NCBI GenBank assembly: GCA_963743915.1
Contig: CAVURN010000003.1
Span: forward strand, 323,207-387,206
Direction: 5' to 3'
Origin: an uncultured Actinomycetota bacterium
Lineage (GTDB): Bacteria > Actinomycetota > Actinomycetes > JAHEKZ01
Length of the DNA: 64,000 nucleotides
The notes under the pieces were generated by a model. The model was not told where the DNA came from and searched no databases. It worked only from the letters and a program-made list of their open reading frames with translations. Position 1 is the stretch's first letter, and each line of letters begins with the position of its first letter. Positions 34,344 through 44,111 of this stretch are shown one piece after another. The translations under genes and the position numbers were made by a program.

Positions 34344-35444
34344 TCACAGGCCGGGACGCCCGACGCCGTACAGGCCGTCGTAGTACACCGGTACGACGCG
34401 CACCACGTCGCCGGTGCGCGGGGCGTGCACCATCTGTCCGTTGCCGATGTACATCGCGATGTGGTGGATGGTGTCCGGGTCGGAGGTGTCGTACGCGTAG
34501 ACCAGCAGGTCGCCCGGCTGCATGGACCCGACCGGCACCGGCGTGCTCGCGAAGTACTGGTCACTGGCCAGTCGTGGGAGGACCAGACCTGCCTGCATGT
34601 AGGACCACTGCACCAGGCCGCTGCAGTCGAACGTGGTGGGTCCTTCGGCGCCCCAGACATACGGTGACCCGAGCACGCTCAGGGCGGTGGCCACGGCCTC
34701 GGTGGCGTAGGGGGTCGGCCCGCTCGGAAGCGGGCCTGTCCACGGCGTCGCTGCCGCCGCCGCTGCGGCCGCTCTGCGAGCCTCCCGTTGCTCGAGAAGT
34801 CGGGTGAGCCTGGCCACCTCGTCGTCAGCCTGGCGCAGCAGGGCTCGCTGGGCACGGAGCAGACGTTGCGCGCGTTCGGCGAGCTCGCGTGCCTCGATGG
34901 TCAGCCGGGCCCGCTCGTCGGAGATACGGTCGAGGCGGCTGTGCACCTGCTCCATGAGCTGCTGCGCCTGCTCGGCATCGTCGACCCGCACGATGTCGGT
35001 CGTCAGCACTGCGTTCAGGGCCGCCATGTTGCTGGTGACGTCGGTGATCTCCGAGGCGTCGAGCGCCTGGCTGTAGAGGGCTACGGCGCCCCCCGACTGC
35101 TCGATCGCGCGCACCCGGTGGGCCAGGTCGATGTCGGCCTGCGTCGACGCCCCTTGGAGGCCGGCCAGCTGCTGGTCGGCCTCGATGGCGCTGACGGTGG
35201 TGCGGGCGAGCTCGCCGCGCGCCTGCGCCAGTCGCTCCTGGGTCCATTCCGCACGCGCCCGGAGTCCCTCGAGCTCGGTGCGCAGCGCCGCGGCTCGCGC
35301 CTCGAGCGTGTCGAGGTCGGGGGTGGACCGCGGCAGTGCGACGACGGGTGGCGGCGACGCTGTCGCCGACGGAGTCCATACCGGAGCGACCACCAGGACG
35401 AGGGCGATCAGCACGCCGGTGCGGGCGAGGGTGCGGGCGGTCAC
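34344..35444 (-). CDS. Secreted coiled-coil NlpC/P60 peptidoglycan endopeptidase (RipA-like)
   Basis: Signal peptide MTARTLARTGVLIALVLVVAPVWTPSATA, a long heptad-rich Ala/Glu/Arg/Leu region, and a C-terminal NlpC/P60 core (FDCSGLVQWSYMQAGLVLPR...HIAMYIGNGQMVHAP). Confidence 0.85.
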   Translation of the reverse strand: MTARTLARTGVLIALVLVVAPVWTPSATASPPPVVALPRSTPDLDTLEARAAALRTELEGLRARAEWTQERLAQARGELARTTVSAIEADQQLAGLQGASTQADIDLAHRVRAIEQSGGAVALYSQALDASEITDVTSNMAALNAVLTTDIVRVDDAEQAQQLMEQVHSRLDRISDERARLTIEARELAERAQRLLRAQRALLRQADDEVARLTRLLEQREARRAAAAAAAATPWTGPLPSGPTPYATEAVATALSVLGSPYVWGAEGPTTFDCSGLVQWSYMQAGLVLPRLASDQYFASTPVPVGSMQPGDLLVYAYDTSDPDTIHHIAMYIGNGQMVHAPRTGDVVRVVPVYYDGLYGVGRPGL

Positions 35445-35480
35445 AGCGTCACGCTCGGGATCACGGTCACTGCGTCACGG

Positions 35481-35897
35481 TCACGGGGAGGAGCTGCCCG
35501 TGACGATCGGCTCCTCGTAGATCTTCGTCCGGACCTCGGCGTACTTCGCGGTCCGGTCCCAGCGGAAGAGCAGCAGGGTCGGTGCCGTCTTCTTGACCTC
35601 GAACGTCACCGACTCGGGGGTGATCTCGAAGGTCTTCCGGATCAGCTCCGCGCCTTGAGAGGTGACGTACTGGTCGGCGGCGAGGTACGCGGCGTTCGGG
35701 TCGTGGGTGTCGGCGTACACCGTGAGGGCCTTGTCGCCCGCCGTCGCCCCGGCGTCGGCGATGCCCACCTGGGTGACGGCGATCGAGAGCACCTCGAAGC
35801 CGATCAGCCCGATGATGGCGAGCGTCAGGGTGATGCGACCGAGCCAGCCGAACACGATGCTGCCGGTGTCGTCACCGCGGGCCGGGACAGAGGTCAT
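35481..35897 (-). CDS. Hypothetical membrane-anchored protein (138 aa)
   Basis: N-terminal TM segment (FGWLGRITLTLAIIGLIGFEVLSIAV) and a soluble C-terminal domain. It lies 36 bp upstream of the NlpC/P60 gene on the same strand. I recognise no family. Confidence 0.5.
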   Translation of the reverse strand: MTSVPARGDDTGSIVFGWLGRITLTLAIIGLIGFEVLSIAVTQVGIADAGATAGDKALTVYADTHDPNAAYLAADQYVTSQGAELIRKTFEITPESVTFEVKKTAPTLLLFRWDRTAKYAEVRTKIYEEPIVTGSSSP

Positions 35898-35963
35898 GGC
35901 GTTGAATCGGCAGTTGACTAGCCCATCTTGAGCAGCCCAACCGGGGATCCGGCGACGCCGCCG

Positions 35964-37595
35964 CTAGGTGCGGCGTCGGCCCGCAACCAGCCGGATCACG
36001 TCGCTGACCTCGGTGATCCGGAACAGCCGGACACCCACCAGGTAGCCGACGGCGCCGAACCCGAGGCCGGTGAGGACGATCACCAGGCTGGTGGTGAAGT
36101 CGACGGCGCGCCCCACGAACAGCTCGGCCGTCATCACGCCGGCGACCATGCAGGCGGCGGCCAGCAGTGACGCCAGCACCACCCGGACGTGCGTACGCAC
36201 GACGAGGTAGCCGTCCAGCCCGTCCAGGCGGCGCCGCAGCTGTTGCGCGAGCGACGCCAGCCCCACCCAGTAGGCGAGTGCGTAGGCGAGACCCAGGGCC
36301 GGGATGGCGTACTCGGTTGGCACCCAGGCGACGGCGAGGACGGCGAGCACCACGTTGACCCCGTTGAGCACCATGGCGTTGAAGGTGGGAGTCCGCGTGT
36401 CCTCGAGCGCGTAGAACGCCCGCATCAGGACGTAGTACGCGCTGAACGCCGGTAGGCCGACGGCGAAGCCGCTGAGGGTGAGACCGAGCAGCCGGGCGGA
36501 CTCCAGGCTCAGCGTCCCGTAGCGGAAGAGCAGCACCGCGATCGGCACCCCGAGCACGATGAAGGCGGCCGCAGCGGGGACCATCAGCGACCCCGAGGTC
36601 CGAAGGGTCCACCCGATCCGCTCTCGCACGACGTCGACCTGGTCGGCAGCCGCGTACTTGGAGAGCCGGGGAAGAAGTGCGGTGACGAGCGAGACCGTGA
36701 TCACCGACTGCGGAAGCATGAACAGGACGAACGCCATCTGGTAGATGGCGACACCCGCGTCCGCGTCACTCGAGACGTTGACCCCGGTCGCCAGCCGGAT
36801 CACCACCAAGGTGCCGAGCTGGTTCACCAGCACGAGCAGGATCGCCCATCGAGCGAGCGACCACGCGGTGCCGAGTCCCTGACCACGCAGGTCGGTGCGC
36901 AGCCGCAGACGGACCCCGCACCGTCGGAGCGACGGCCAGAGCGCCAGGCTTTGCGCGATGGCTCCCAGCGTGGTCCCGACGCCCAGCAGCAGGATCTCGG
37001 TGTCGGTCACGGTGCGGGTGGTGGTGCCGGTGCCCGCGACCGCGAGGAAGGCCAGGGCGCTCGCGATGACGACGATGTTGTTCGTCACCGGCGCGAACAT
37101 CGGGGCGCCGAACCGCCCGCGGGTGTTGAGCACCTGCGAGACCAGCGCGAAGACGCCGTAGAAGAAGATCTGGGGCAGCATCAGCCGGGCGAAGGCCGTG
37201 CCGACCTCGAGGTCACGCGACGTCCATCCGCTCGAGTACAGCTGCACCAGCCACGGTGCGGCGATGACCGCGATGACGGTGATGACTGCCAGCACGAGCA
37301 CGACGGCGCTGAAGAGCCTTTGCGCGTAGGCCGTCCCCTGGTCGGCGTCGGCGTCCATGTGTCGGACGAGCTGGGGGATGAACACCGCGTTGATCGCGCC
37401 ACCGACCAGGAGCACGTACACGATCGTGGGCAGGGTGTTGGCGACCGAGTACGTGTCGGCGAAGACCCCACCGCCGACCGCAGCGAGCAGGGCGGAGTTC
37501 TTGAGCAACCCGGTCACTCGCGAGGTGATGGTGCCCGCGGCCATCACCGAGCTCGACCTCAGCATCGAGCGGTTGTCACCGGCGAGGTCGGTCAC
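35964..37595 (-). CDS. murJ: Lipid II flippase MurJ (MviN)
   Basis: MLRSSSVMAAGTITSRVTGLLKNSALLAAVGGGVFADTYSVANTLPTIVYVLLVGGAINAVFIPQLV followed by about 14 TM segments. The GTG at 37595 overlaps the upstream stop (GTGA); an alternative ATG lies at 37565. The 860-aa track ORF is an over-extension. Confidence 0.85.
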   Translation of the reverse strand: MTDLAGDNRSMLRSSSVMAAGTITSRVTGLLKNSALLAAVGGGVFADTYSVANTLPTIVYVLLVGGAINAVFIPQLVRHMDADADQGTAYAQRLFSAVVLVLAVITVIAVIAAPWLVQLYSSGWTSRDLEVGTAFARLMLPQIFFYGVFALVSQVLNTRGRFGAPMFAPVTNNIVVIASALAFLAVAGTGTTTRTVTDTEILLLGVGTTLGAIAQSLALWPSLRRCGVRLRLRTDLRGQGLGTAWSLARWAILLVLVNQLGTLVVIRLATGVNVSSDADAGVAIYQMAFVLFMLPQSVITVSLVTALLPRLSKYAAADQVDVVRERIGWTLRTSGSLMVPAAAAFIVLGVPIAVLLFRYGTLSLESARLLGLTLSGFAVGLPAFSAYYVLMRAFYALEDTRTPTFNAMVLNGVNVVLAVLAVAWVPTEYAIPALGLAYALAYWVGLASLAQQLRRRLDGLDGYLVVRTHVRVVLASLLAAACMVAGVMTAELFVGRAVDFTTSLVIVLTGLGFGAVGYLVGVRLFRITEVSDVIRLVAGRRRT

Positions 37596-39586
37596 GCGCT
37601 GCTCCCACGGGCGGCACGTACCCGGCGACCGATGCGGATCGCGGCCGCGACCACCATGAGGGCGGCCGCCACCCCGAAGACGAGCAGGGCGATGCTGCCG
37701 AAGCCCTGGACGTCCACCGTCACCGTGACCGGGTCGTCGTACGGCTTCCCGCGCCGCGTCTGCAGCTGCGCGTCGAAGGAGAGTCGTCCACTCGTGACCG
37801 CGTCGAGCTCGACGTCGACGCTGACCGTCTCGTCCGGCTCGACCCGGATGGGGTCGGCGGGCCCGTCCACCCGCAGACGCAGGGGATCGGCGGACGTCAG
37901 CGCGAGTCGGACGACGACCGCCTGGTCGAGCTGGTTGCGCACGGTCACGGGGAAGGTGCCGCGGTCGTCGGAGAGAGTGCCGCCACGGGAGAGGATGCGG
38001 ACCCGGCTCCGCAGACTGGCCAATCGGTCGAGGGTCTCCTGCTGCGCCGTCGCCGCTGCCGTGGGATCGTCGCGCCACGCGGTGCTGATCGAGCTGAACA
38101 GGTCGTCGTCGATCGGTCCGCTCAGCTGTTGGGGACGGGACAGGATCCCGGCCAGGCGCCGGTTGTCCATGACGCCCTGCACCGCCGCGTCGACCATCGA
38201 GGCGGGGAGCTGCCGCGATGCGGTCGATTCGGGGATGGTCGGGTCCGTGCGCTCGACGGTCGGTGCGCTCGGACTCACCGCCTCCTCGAGTGACACCGGG
38301 TTGAGCCAGCTCGCCTTCCGCACCGCGGTGACCAGCTCGTCGGACCACAGCGGCGACGGGTCCCAACGGCGCGGGGGAGCGACGACGAGCAGCCGGGGTT
38401 CGTACAGCTCGAGGGCGTGCAGCAGGGTCTCGGCGAGGAACCGCTGCCGGGCGAGGAGGACGTCGGTCGGGGTCGATGCCGGGGTCGCCACCAGGGCACT
38501 GGCGGCAGGGTCGGCGAGCAGGAGGTCGAGCTCGGGGTCGGGCCACGAGACGCGTCCGGAAGGGGTGTACGTGAGCGGTGTGACGAGCGGTGTCGTCTCC
38601 TCGTCGAGGAGCACCAACGAGGCGCCCGCGCGACCCGCGACGTCGATGGTGGTGTCGTCACCGGCTCCCTCGGCCGGCCAGACGAGGTCCGCTCGCGGTG
38701 CCGGTCCCACGAAGCGTCGGTACACCTTGTCGCCCTTGGCCCACCCCGCGCGCAGCATGCGTGGCTCGTCGGCCGCGCCGATGGCCGCCGCGTCCGGGTC
38801 GCCGTAGGGCAGGAGCACCACGTCCTGGTCGGCGCTGCTGGTCAGGTACGTGTCGAGCCAGCCGTTGGCGTCGGGGCTGCCGAGAGTGGTGGCGGCGTCG
38901 AGGACGGCTGGGTCGACCAACCATGTGGCGGGCGCCCCCGCGCCGGTCCGGGTGAGCACGCTGAGGCGTCCGCCGGCGGACAGGTCTGCGGCGAGGGCGT
39001 TGGGGTCGTCGGTGGCTCCTGGGGGAGTGCCGATGACCGGCCAGAACATGAGCAGCCGGCTCGGGGACACCCCGACCCCCTCCGGCGCGTACGGAAGGAA
39101 GGTCGAGGTCTCGCTCAGCACGGCGCCGGTCCGGACGTCGACGGCCACGACGCGTAGCGGGAAGACCCCCGCGCCGTAGAACGGCAAGTTGTCTGTGGCC
39201 ACCTGGATGCGGAAGCGTCGGGTCGAGTCGGCACGTACCTTGCCGAGCTCGTCCGTGGCCCCGAACACCGGAGTGGTGACAGGCGGTGTGGAGGCAGCCT
39301 CGGTGATGGCGGCTCGGGACAGGAACGCGGTCGTGCCGACCTCGAGTCGGACAGCGACGTCGTCGAGGGTGCGGGTCGTCGAGAAGGTGCCCACCGTGCG
39401 CAGCGTGCCCCCGGCCTGGACGCTGATCGGCGCCAGCTCGGTGAGGCGTAGCTCGGTCTGCAGCGGGGCGGCGAGAGCAGGACTGGAGGTGAGCCCGACG
39501 GCACCGGTCGCGCCGACCAGCAGCACGCCCAGCAGCAGGTGGAGCCATCGCCGGACGCCGGGCGCCGGACGCCGGGCAGACGTCAT
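37592..39586 (-). CDS. Large secreted/anchored conserved protein (Rv3909-like, DUF6049-type) with a C-terminal TM anchor
   Basis: Signal sequence MTSARRPAPGVRRWLHLLLGVLLVGATGAVGLTSSPALAA and a C-terminal TM segment (GSIALLVFGVAAALMVVAAAI). Its position directly upstream of murJ matches mycobacteria and streptomycetes. The ATG at 39586 is in frame with track ORF 37592-39856. Confidence 0.7.
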   Translation of the reverse strand: MTSARRPAPGVRRWLHLLLGVLLVGATGAVGLTSSPALAAPLQTELRLTELAPISVQAGGTLRTVGTFSTTRTLDDVAVRLEVGTTAFLSRAAITEAASTPPVTTPVFGATDELGKVRADSTRRFRIQVATDNLPFYGAGVFPLRVVAVDVRTGAVLSETSTFLPYAPEGVGVSPSRLLMFWPVIGTPPGATDDPNALAADLSAGGRLSVLTRTGAGAPATWLVDPAVLDAATTLGSPDANGWLDTYLTSSADQDVVLLPYGDPDAAAIGAADEPRMLRAGWAKGDKVYRRFVGPAPRADLVWPAEGAGDDTTIDVAGRAGASLVLLDEETTPLVTPLTYTPSGRVSWPDPELDLLLADPAASALVATPASTPTDVLLARQRFLAETLLHALELYEPRLLVVAPPRRWDPSPLWSDELVTAVRKASWLNPVSLEEAVSPSAPTVERTDPTIPESTASRQLPASMVDAAVQGVMDNRRLAGILSRPQQLSGPIDDDLFSSISTAWRDDPTAAATAQQETLDRLASLRSRVRILSRGGTLSDDRGTFPVTVRNQLDQAVVVRLALTSADPLRLRVDGPADPIRVEPDETVSVDVELDAVTSGRLSFDAQLQTRRGKPYDDPVTVTVDVQGFGSIALLVFGVAAALMVVAAAIRIGRRVRAARGSSA

Positions 39587-39605
39587 GCAGCGATGGTAGC
39601 CAGCG

Positions 39606-41216
39606 TCAGGTGCGGGTGCGGTCCACGTGACGCTCGTCGTCGAAGCGGAACGAGGCGATGCTCGTGCGCAGGTCAGCGGCCATGGCGTCGAGCGTGGCGA
39701 GCGTCTCGGCCCGCTGCCGCTGGCTGTCGGCCTGCTCCTCGGCGACCGCAGCGACCTGTCCCATGGCGGTGACGACCTGGTGCGAGGCCGAGGTCTGCTG
39801 CTGCGTGGCGAGCTGGATCTGGCCGGCCGCCTGGTCCGCCTCGTCGGCCACCGCAAGGATGCGGTTCAGCACCACCTCCATCTCCTCGACGTGGGAGCGT
39901 CCGGCGGCAGCCGCCTGCTCCCCGGCCTCCGTCGCCTGCAGGGTCGAGGTGGTGCCGACGCGGATGCGCTGGACGATCTCCTCGATCTGCCCGGTCGACT
40001 CCCGGGACCGTTCGGCCAGGGCGCGCACCTCGGCGGCGACGACAGCGAAACCGCGGCCGTGCTCGCCTGCCCGCGCCGCCTCGATGGCGGCGTTGAGGGC
40101 CAGCAGGTTGGTCTGGTCGGAGAGCTCGGCGATGACCGCGATGATCCGGCCGATCTCCTGCCCGGCGGCGTCGAGGTCGCGCGCCTGCTCCCCGATCGAG
40201 CCGACCCGCTCGGAGATGTCGGTCATCTGCTCGGTCGTGACCGCGACGACCTCCCGCGCGACGGCCGAAGCCTCGGTCACCTGGGCGGCCGCCGCCGAGA
40301 CTGCCCGAGCCGTCTCGGCGATCTGCTCGGCGGTCGCCGCCAGCTCCTGCATGCTGGCACTGGTCTGCGCGATGGCCGCCGACTGCTGCGTGTGGCCCAC
40401 GGCCGCATCGGCCGCGGCGTTGTGCAGGCCGTGCACGCTGGAGGCCAGGTCGGCCCCCGCGTCGTGGACTCTGGCGACCAGACCCGCCATCGACGCCAGC
40501 GCGGTGTCGAGTGAGGTCCACACCTCGCCCACGGCGACATCGGTCCCCAGCGACGACCGGGTGGCGTCTGCCGCCGAGACCAGGTCGCCATGGGCCAGCC
40601 GTCCAAGTGCCTCGGTGAGCCGGTCCACCTCTGCGGCCAGAGTGGAGCGCTCATCCTCGACCTGCTCGCGCGACCGCCTCAGGGCCGACGCCAGCAGCGC
40701 GGCGAAGCAGCTGAGCAGTCCGAGCGCGACCACCGCTGTCACATGGTGTCCGAGCTGATCTGCCGTCACCGCACCCGTCACGGCTGCGCTCACCAGGTAG
40801 CCCGTGACCGACAAGACGCCGAGTGCGGCGGTCCACGCGAAGGGCAGGGACATCGCAGCCAGCACGATGACGAAGACGAGGAAGAGCCACTGCCAGCTCT
40901 CCGGGCCACCGGCGGCGACGGTCGACACGGTGATCACGGCCACGAAGAAGACGAGCTGGAGACCGTCGACGAGCGTGGCATGCCGGTGCAGCCAGGCGAT
41001 CCTGGCGTCCAGCCACGGACGGGCGAGGAACCAGCCGGCGCCGATGAGTGCCAGGACGCAGCACGCCACGAGAGTGGCGACCGACGACCGGCTCAGCGGC
41101 GGTGTCGCGGCATCGACGAGCAGGTACAGGGCGACCGGGTTGAGGAGGGCGTAGACGACGGCACACCAACCGGCCACCCGGTGCACGGCGTGTGAGAAGC
41201 CGTCGACGTCTTCCAT
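39606..41216 (-). CDS. Methyl-accepting chemotaxis protein with a 6-TM membrane-embedded N-terminal domain
   Basis: Highly conserved MCP signalling hairpin ([39 protein letters not shown]). Six predicted TM helices and no periplasmic domain. The ATG at 41216 is preceded by GAGGAGGG. Confidence 0.85.
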   Translation of the reverse strand: MEDVDGFSHAVHRVAGWCAVVYALLNPVALYLLVDAATPPLSRSSVATLVACCVLALIGAGWFLARPWLDARIAWLHRHATLVDGLQLVFFVAVITVSTVAAGGPESWQWLFLVFVIVLAAMSLPFAWTAALGVLSVTGYLVSAAVTGAVTADQLGHHVTAVVALGLLSCFAALLASALRRSREQVEDERSTLAAEVDRLTEALGRLAHGDLVSAADATRSSLGTDVAVGEVWTSLDTALASMAGLVARVHDAGADLASSVHGLHNAAADAAVGHTQQSAAIAQTSASMQELAATAEQIAETARAVSAAAAQVTEASAVAREVVAVTTEQMTDISERVGSIGEQARDLDAAGQEIGRIIAVIAELSDQTNLLALNAAIEAARAGEHGRGFAVVAAEVRALAERSRESTGQIEEIVQRIRVGTTSTLQATEAGEQAAAAGRSHVEEMEVVLNRILAVADEADQAAGQIQLATQQQTSASHQVVTAMGQVAAVAEEQADSQRQRAETLATLDAMAADLRTSIASFRFDDERHVDRTRT

Positions 41217-41299
41217 CCATCCCTCCTCATACCGCGGACAACGGAATGAGGATCGGCAACGGCGGTCCCTTCCTGAACCGCTGGCTAGGCTCCTGCTCT

Positions 41300-42805
41300 G
41301 TGTCCAGGTCATCGCGGTCCACGTCGTCGGGTTCGGGTTCCTCCGGGCACGCGGACCCTGAGGCAGCGGCCCGTCGACGGGCGATCACCGAGCTGGTCCG
41401 TGTCTCGCCGGTCGTCGACGCCCTCGGCGCGCACTTCACCGAGGCCGGGCACGAGATCGCTCTCGTCGGTGGTTCTGTCCGTGACGCGCTGATGGGGCGG
41501 CTGGGCAATGACCTCGACTTCGCCACGTCAGCACCCCCGGACGTGGTCGAGCAGCTGCTCGAGGGCCACGTGGAAGCGATGTGGGACATCGGCAAGGCGT
41601 TCGGCACGATCGGGTGCCGGATCGGGTCGCTGACGTGCGAGATCACCACCTACCGCACCGAGCACTACGACCACCGGTCGCGGAAGCCCGAGGTCGAGTA
41701 CGGGACCTCGCTCGCCGGTGACCTCGGCCGGCGAGACTTCACCGTGAACGCGATGGCGGTGCGGCTGCCGGTGCAGAGCTTCGCCGATCCTTTCGTCGAC
41801 CTCTTCAACGGTGTCGCCGACCTGGCGTCGGGTGCCCTTCGGACGCCAGGCCGACCTGAGGACTCCTTCGACGACGACCCGCTGCGCATGATGCGGGCAG
41901 CGCGCTTCACCGCCCAGCTCGGATTCACGGTGGCCCCCGACGTGGTCACCGCGATGGAGCAGATGGCCGACCGTCTGGCGATCGTGTCGCCGGAACGGGT
42001 GCGTGACGAGTTCAGCAAGCTGCTGCTCTCCCCCGACCCGCGGGCCGGCCTGCGTCTGCTGGTCGAGACCGGCGTCGCCGACCAGTTCATCCCCGAGCTG
42101 TCCGCGCTCCGGCTCGAGGTCGACGAGCACCATCGGCACAAGGACGTCTACGACCACACGCTGACCGTCGTGGAGCAGGCGATGGGCCTGGAGACCGAGG
42201 GTCCCGACCTCGTCCTACGACTGGCCGCTCTGCTGCACGACATCGGCAAGCCCGGAACCCGCCGGTTCGAGCCCGGCGGCGGGGTCTCGTTCCACCACCA
42301 CGAGGCGGTCGGCGCCCGGCTGACCCGCAAGCGCCTGAAGGCACTGCACTACCCGAAGGACGTCGTCGAGGACGTGTCCCGGCTCGTCGAGCTCCACCTG
42401 CGGTTCCATGGCTATGCGGACGGGGAGTGGACGGACTCTGCGGTGCGCCGCTACGTGCGGGACGCAGGTCACCTGCTCGGGCGGCTGCACGCACTGACCC
42501 GGGCCGACTGCACGACCCGCAACCGTCGCAAGGCGACCGCGCTCGCCAGCGCCTACGACCACCTCGAGGAGCGGATCGCCGCCCTCAGCGAGGCCGAGGA
42601 GCTTGCGGCGATCCGCCCCGACCTCGACGGCAACGCCATCATGGAGATCCTCGACATCCCTCCCGGACGGATCGTCGGCGACGCGTATCAGTTCCTGCTC
42701 GAGCTCCGCCTCGACCAGGGACCGCTCGGCCGCGACGACGCGGTGGCCGCGCTTCTTGGCTGGTGGAGGGAGCGTCAGGACGCCGAGCGCGCGAAGGGCC
42801 GGTAG
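41300..42805 (+). CDS. cca: CCA tRNA nucleotidyltransferase / poly(A) polymerase family (PcnA-like) with HD domain
   Basis: [22 protein letters not shown] (polymerase-beta-type nucleotidyltransferase motif) and the HD region [12 protein letters not shown]...LLHDIGKP. The start is uncertain (GTG at 41300 chosen; ATG at 41246 is also in frame). Confidence 0.8.
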   Translation: MSRSSRSTSSGSGSSGHADPEAAARRRAITELVRVSPVVDALGAHFTEAGHEIALVGGSVRDALMGRLGNDLDFATSAPPDVVEQLLEGHVEAMWDIGKAFGTIGCRIGSLTCEITTYRTEHYDHRSRKPEVEYGTSLAGDLGRRDFTVNAMAVRLPVQSFADPFVDLFNGVADLASGALRTPGRPEDSFDDDPLRMMRAARFTAQLGFTVAPDVVTAMEQMADRLAIVSPERVRDEFSKLLLSPDPRAGLRLLVETGVADQFIPELSALRLEVDEHHRHKDVYDHTLTVVEQAMGLETEGPDLVLRLAALLHDIGKPGTRRFEPGGGVSFHHHEAVGARLTRKRLKALHYPKDVVEDVSRLVELHLRFHGYADGEWTDSAVRRYVRDAGHLLGRLHALTRADCTTRNRRKATALASAYDHLEERIAALSEAEELAAIRPDLDGNAIMEILDIPPGRIVGDAYQFLLELRLDQGPLGRDDAVAALLGWWRERQDAERAKGR

Positions 42806-44040
42806 AGCCAGCCGGCGAGAAGCAGGTAGCTCACGGCGGCGACGGCCGGGATCAGGCGTCCGACCATGGTGTCCATCGGGAGCAGCACTACGGCCGTGGC
42901 GCCCACCACGAAGGCGACGTTGAAGACGAGGTCGTAGGCGATGAAGACCCGCCCTCGGTAGTCGTCGTCGACGCTGCGCTGCAGCACGGTGTCGACGACG
43001 ATCTTCAGGATCTGAGCGCTCGCGCCGAGGACCACCCACGCGACGACGAGGCTGGTGAGTCGCGGTCCGAACCAGGCCGCCACCGACGCCGCACCGGCCG
43101 CAGCCATGGCCAGTGCCGCGGACCGACGACCGCCCAGGACACGCACGAGGGGCGGCGTGACCAGCGCGGCCACCACCAGCCCGGCACCCAGCGCCATGGC
43201 GATCGACGCCAGCCCCGCGAGTGCCGCCGGCTCGTCGTCCTTGGTGACCTCGAGGCGGAAGCGGATGAGGACGATCGACCAGACCGTCAGCAGACCGAAG
43301 AGCAGCCGATGCACCGTCATCAGCTCGAGGACCCGCCGCGCCGGACGCGTCCGCAGGATGTGGGCGACACCGTCGCGTACGTCGTCCCAGGCCTGGCGGA
43401 AGGGGGGAGCCTCGTCACCGGTGAGGTCCGGACCCAGTGACGGCCGGGAGAAGCGGCGGGTGGCAGCGGCCGCGAGCAGGTAGCCGGCTCCCGCCGCCAC
43501 GAACGGCGCGGCGTCCGACGCACTGCTCAGCGCGAGACCGACACCGGCGCCGACCACGGTCGCCCCCGTGCCGGCGGTGGGTGACAGCGCGTTCCCGCTG
43601 ACCAGAAGAGGTGCCGGGAGGGTGAGGGGCAGCGCCGCACCGAGGGCGGCGAGGATGAGTCGGTTGAGCCCGAGCGCCAGCAGCGCGGTGCCGAAGAGTG
43701 CGACGTCGGACGTCGTCGTCGCGGCCAGCACCGCGAGGACCAGCGCGAGCCCGGCGCGCGCCAGGTTCGCCCAGGCGAGCACGGCGACCCGGGACCACCG
43801 GTCGAGGAGCACCCCGGCCAGAGGGGCGGCCAGGGTGAAGGGCAGGAGCAGCACGGCGAAACCCAGGGCGATGCGGCCGGGGGAGGGCTGGCGCTCGGGG
43901 GTGAAGAGGACGACACCGACGAGCCCCGCCTGGAGCAGCCCGTCGGACAGCTGCCCCACCAGCCGGACGCGCAGCAGCGCCCGGAAGGCCGGCTCGGCGA
44001 ACAGTCCGCGCAGGGTGTCGTGGCGCATCGCGGCGAGCCT
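42775..44040 (-). CDS. MFS transporter
   Basis: About 12 TM segments starting at MRHDTLRGLFAEPAFRALLRVRLVGQLSDG (ATG at 44040). The upstream 213 aa of the track ORF are antisense shadow of ino1. The 3' end overlaps the convergent cca gene by 31 bp. Confidence 0.75.
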   Translation of the reverse strand, partial: RLAAMRHDTLRGLFAEPAFRALLRVRLVGQLSDGLLQAGLVGVVLFTPERQPSPGRIALGFAVLLLPFTLAAPLAGVLLDRWSRVAVLAWANLARAGLALVLAVLAATTTSDVALFGTALLALGLNRLILAALGAALPLTLPAPLLVSGNALSPTAGTGATVVGAGVGLALSSASDAAPFVAAGAGYLLAAAATRRFSRPSLGPDLTGDEAPPFRQAWDDVRDGVAHILRTRPARRVLELMTVHRLLFGLLTVWSIVLIRFRLEVTKDDEPAALAGLASIAMALGAGLVVAALVTPPLVRVLGGRRSAALAMAAAGAASVAAWFGPRLTSLVVAWVVLGASAQILKIVVDTVLQRSVDDDYRGRVFIAYDLVFNVAFVVGATAVVLLPMDTMVGRLIPAVAAVSYLLLAGWLYRPFARSAS

Positions 44041-44111
44041 AGGGGGCGGCCGCGATTCGCGGGTCGGCCTCGGGAGACCGTGATCTGGTGCGGGCGGTGC
44101 GCCCGCCTGGG

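Noticed and set aside
35445-35963. A possible c-di-AMP (ydaO-type) riboswitch upstream of the NlpC/P60 gene, as is often seen before actinobacterial cell-wall hydrolases.
   Set aside because: Only 36 bp separate the hydrolase from the upstream ORF, and only 66 bp precede that ORF. This is too short for the riboswitch, and I could not see its conserved segments.
42775-42805. A 31-bp convergent overlap of the cca and MFS gene 3' ends.
   Set aside because: Short convergent overlaps are common in compact GC-rich genomes. Given the insertion-error pattern, one C-terminus might also be slightly mis-extended. It is not considered a regulatory feature without further evidence.
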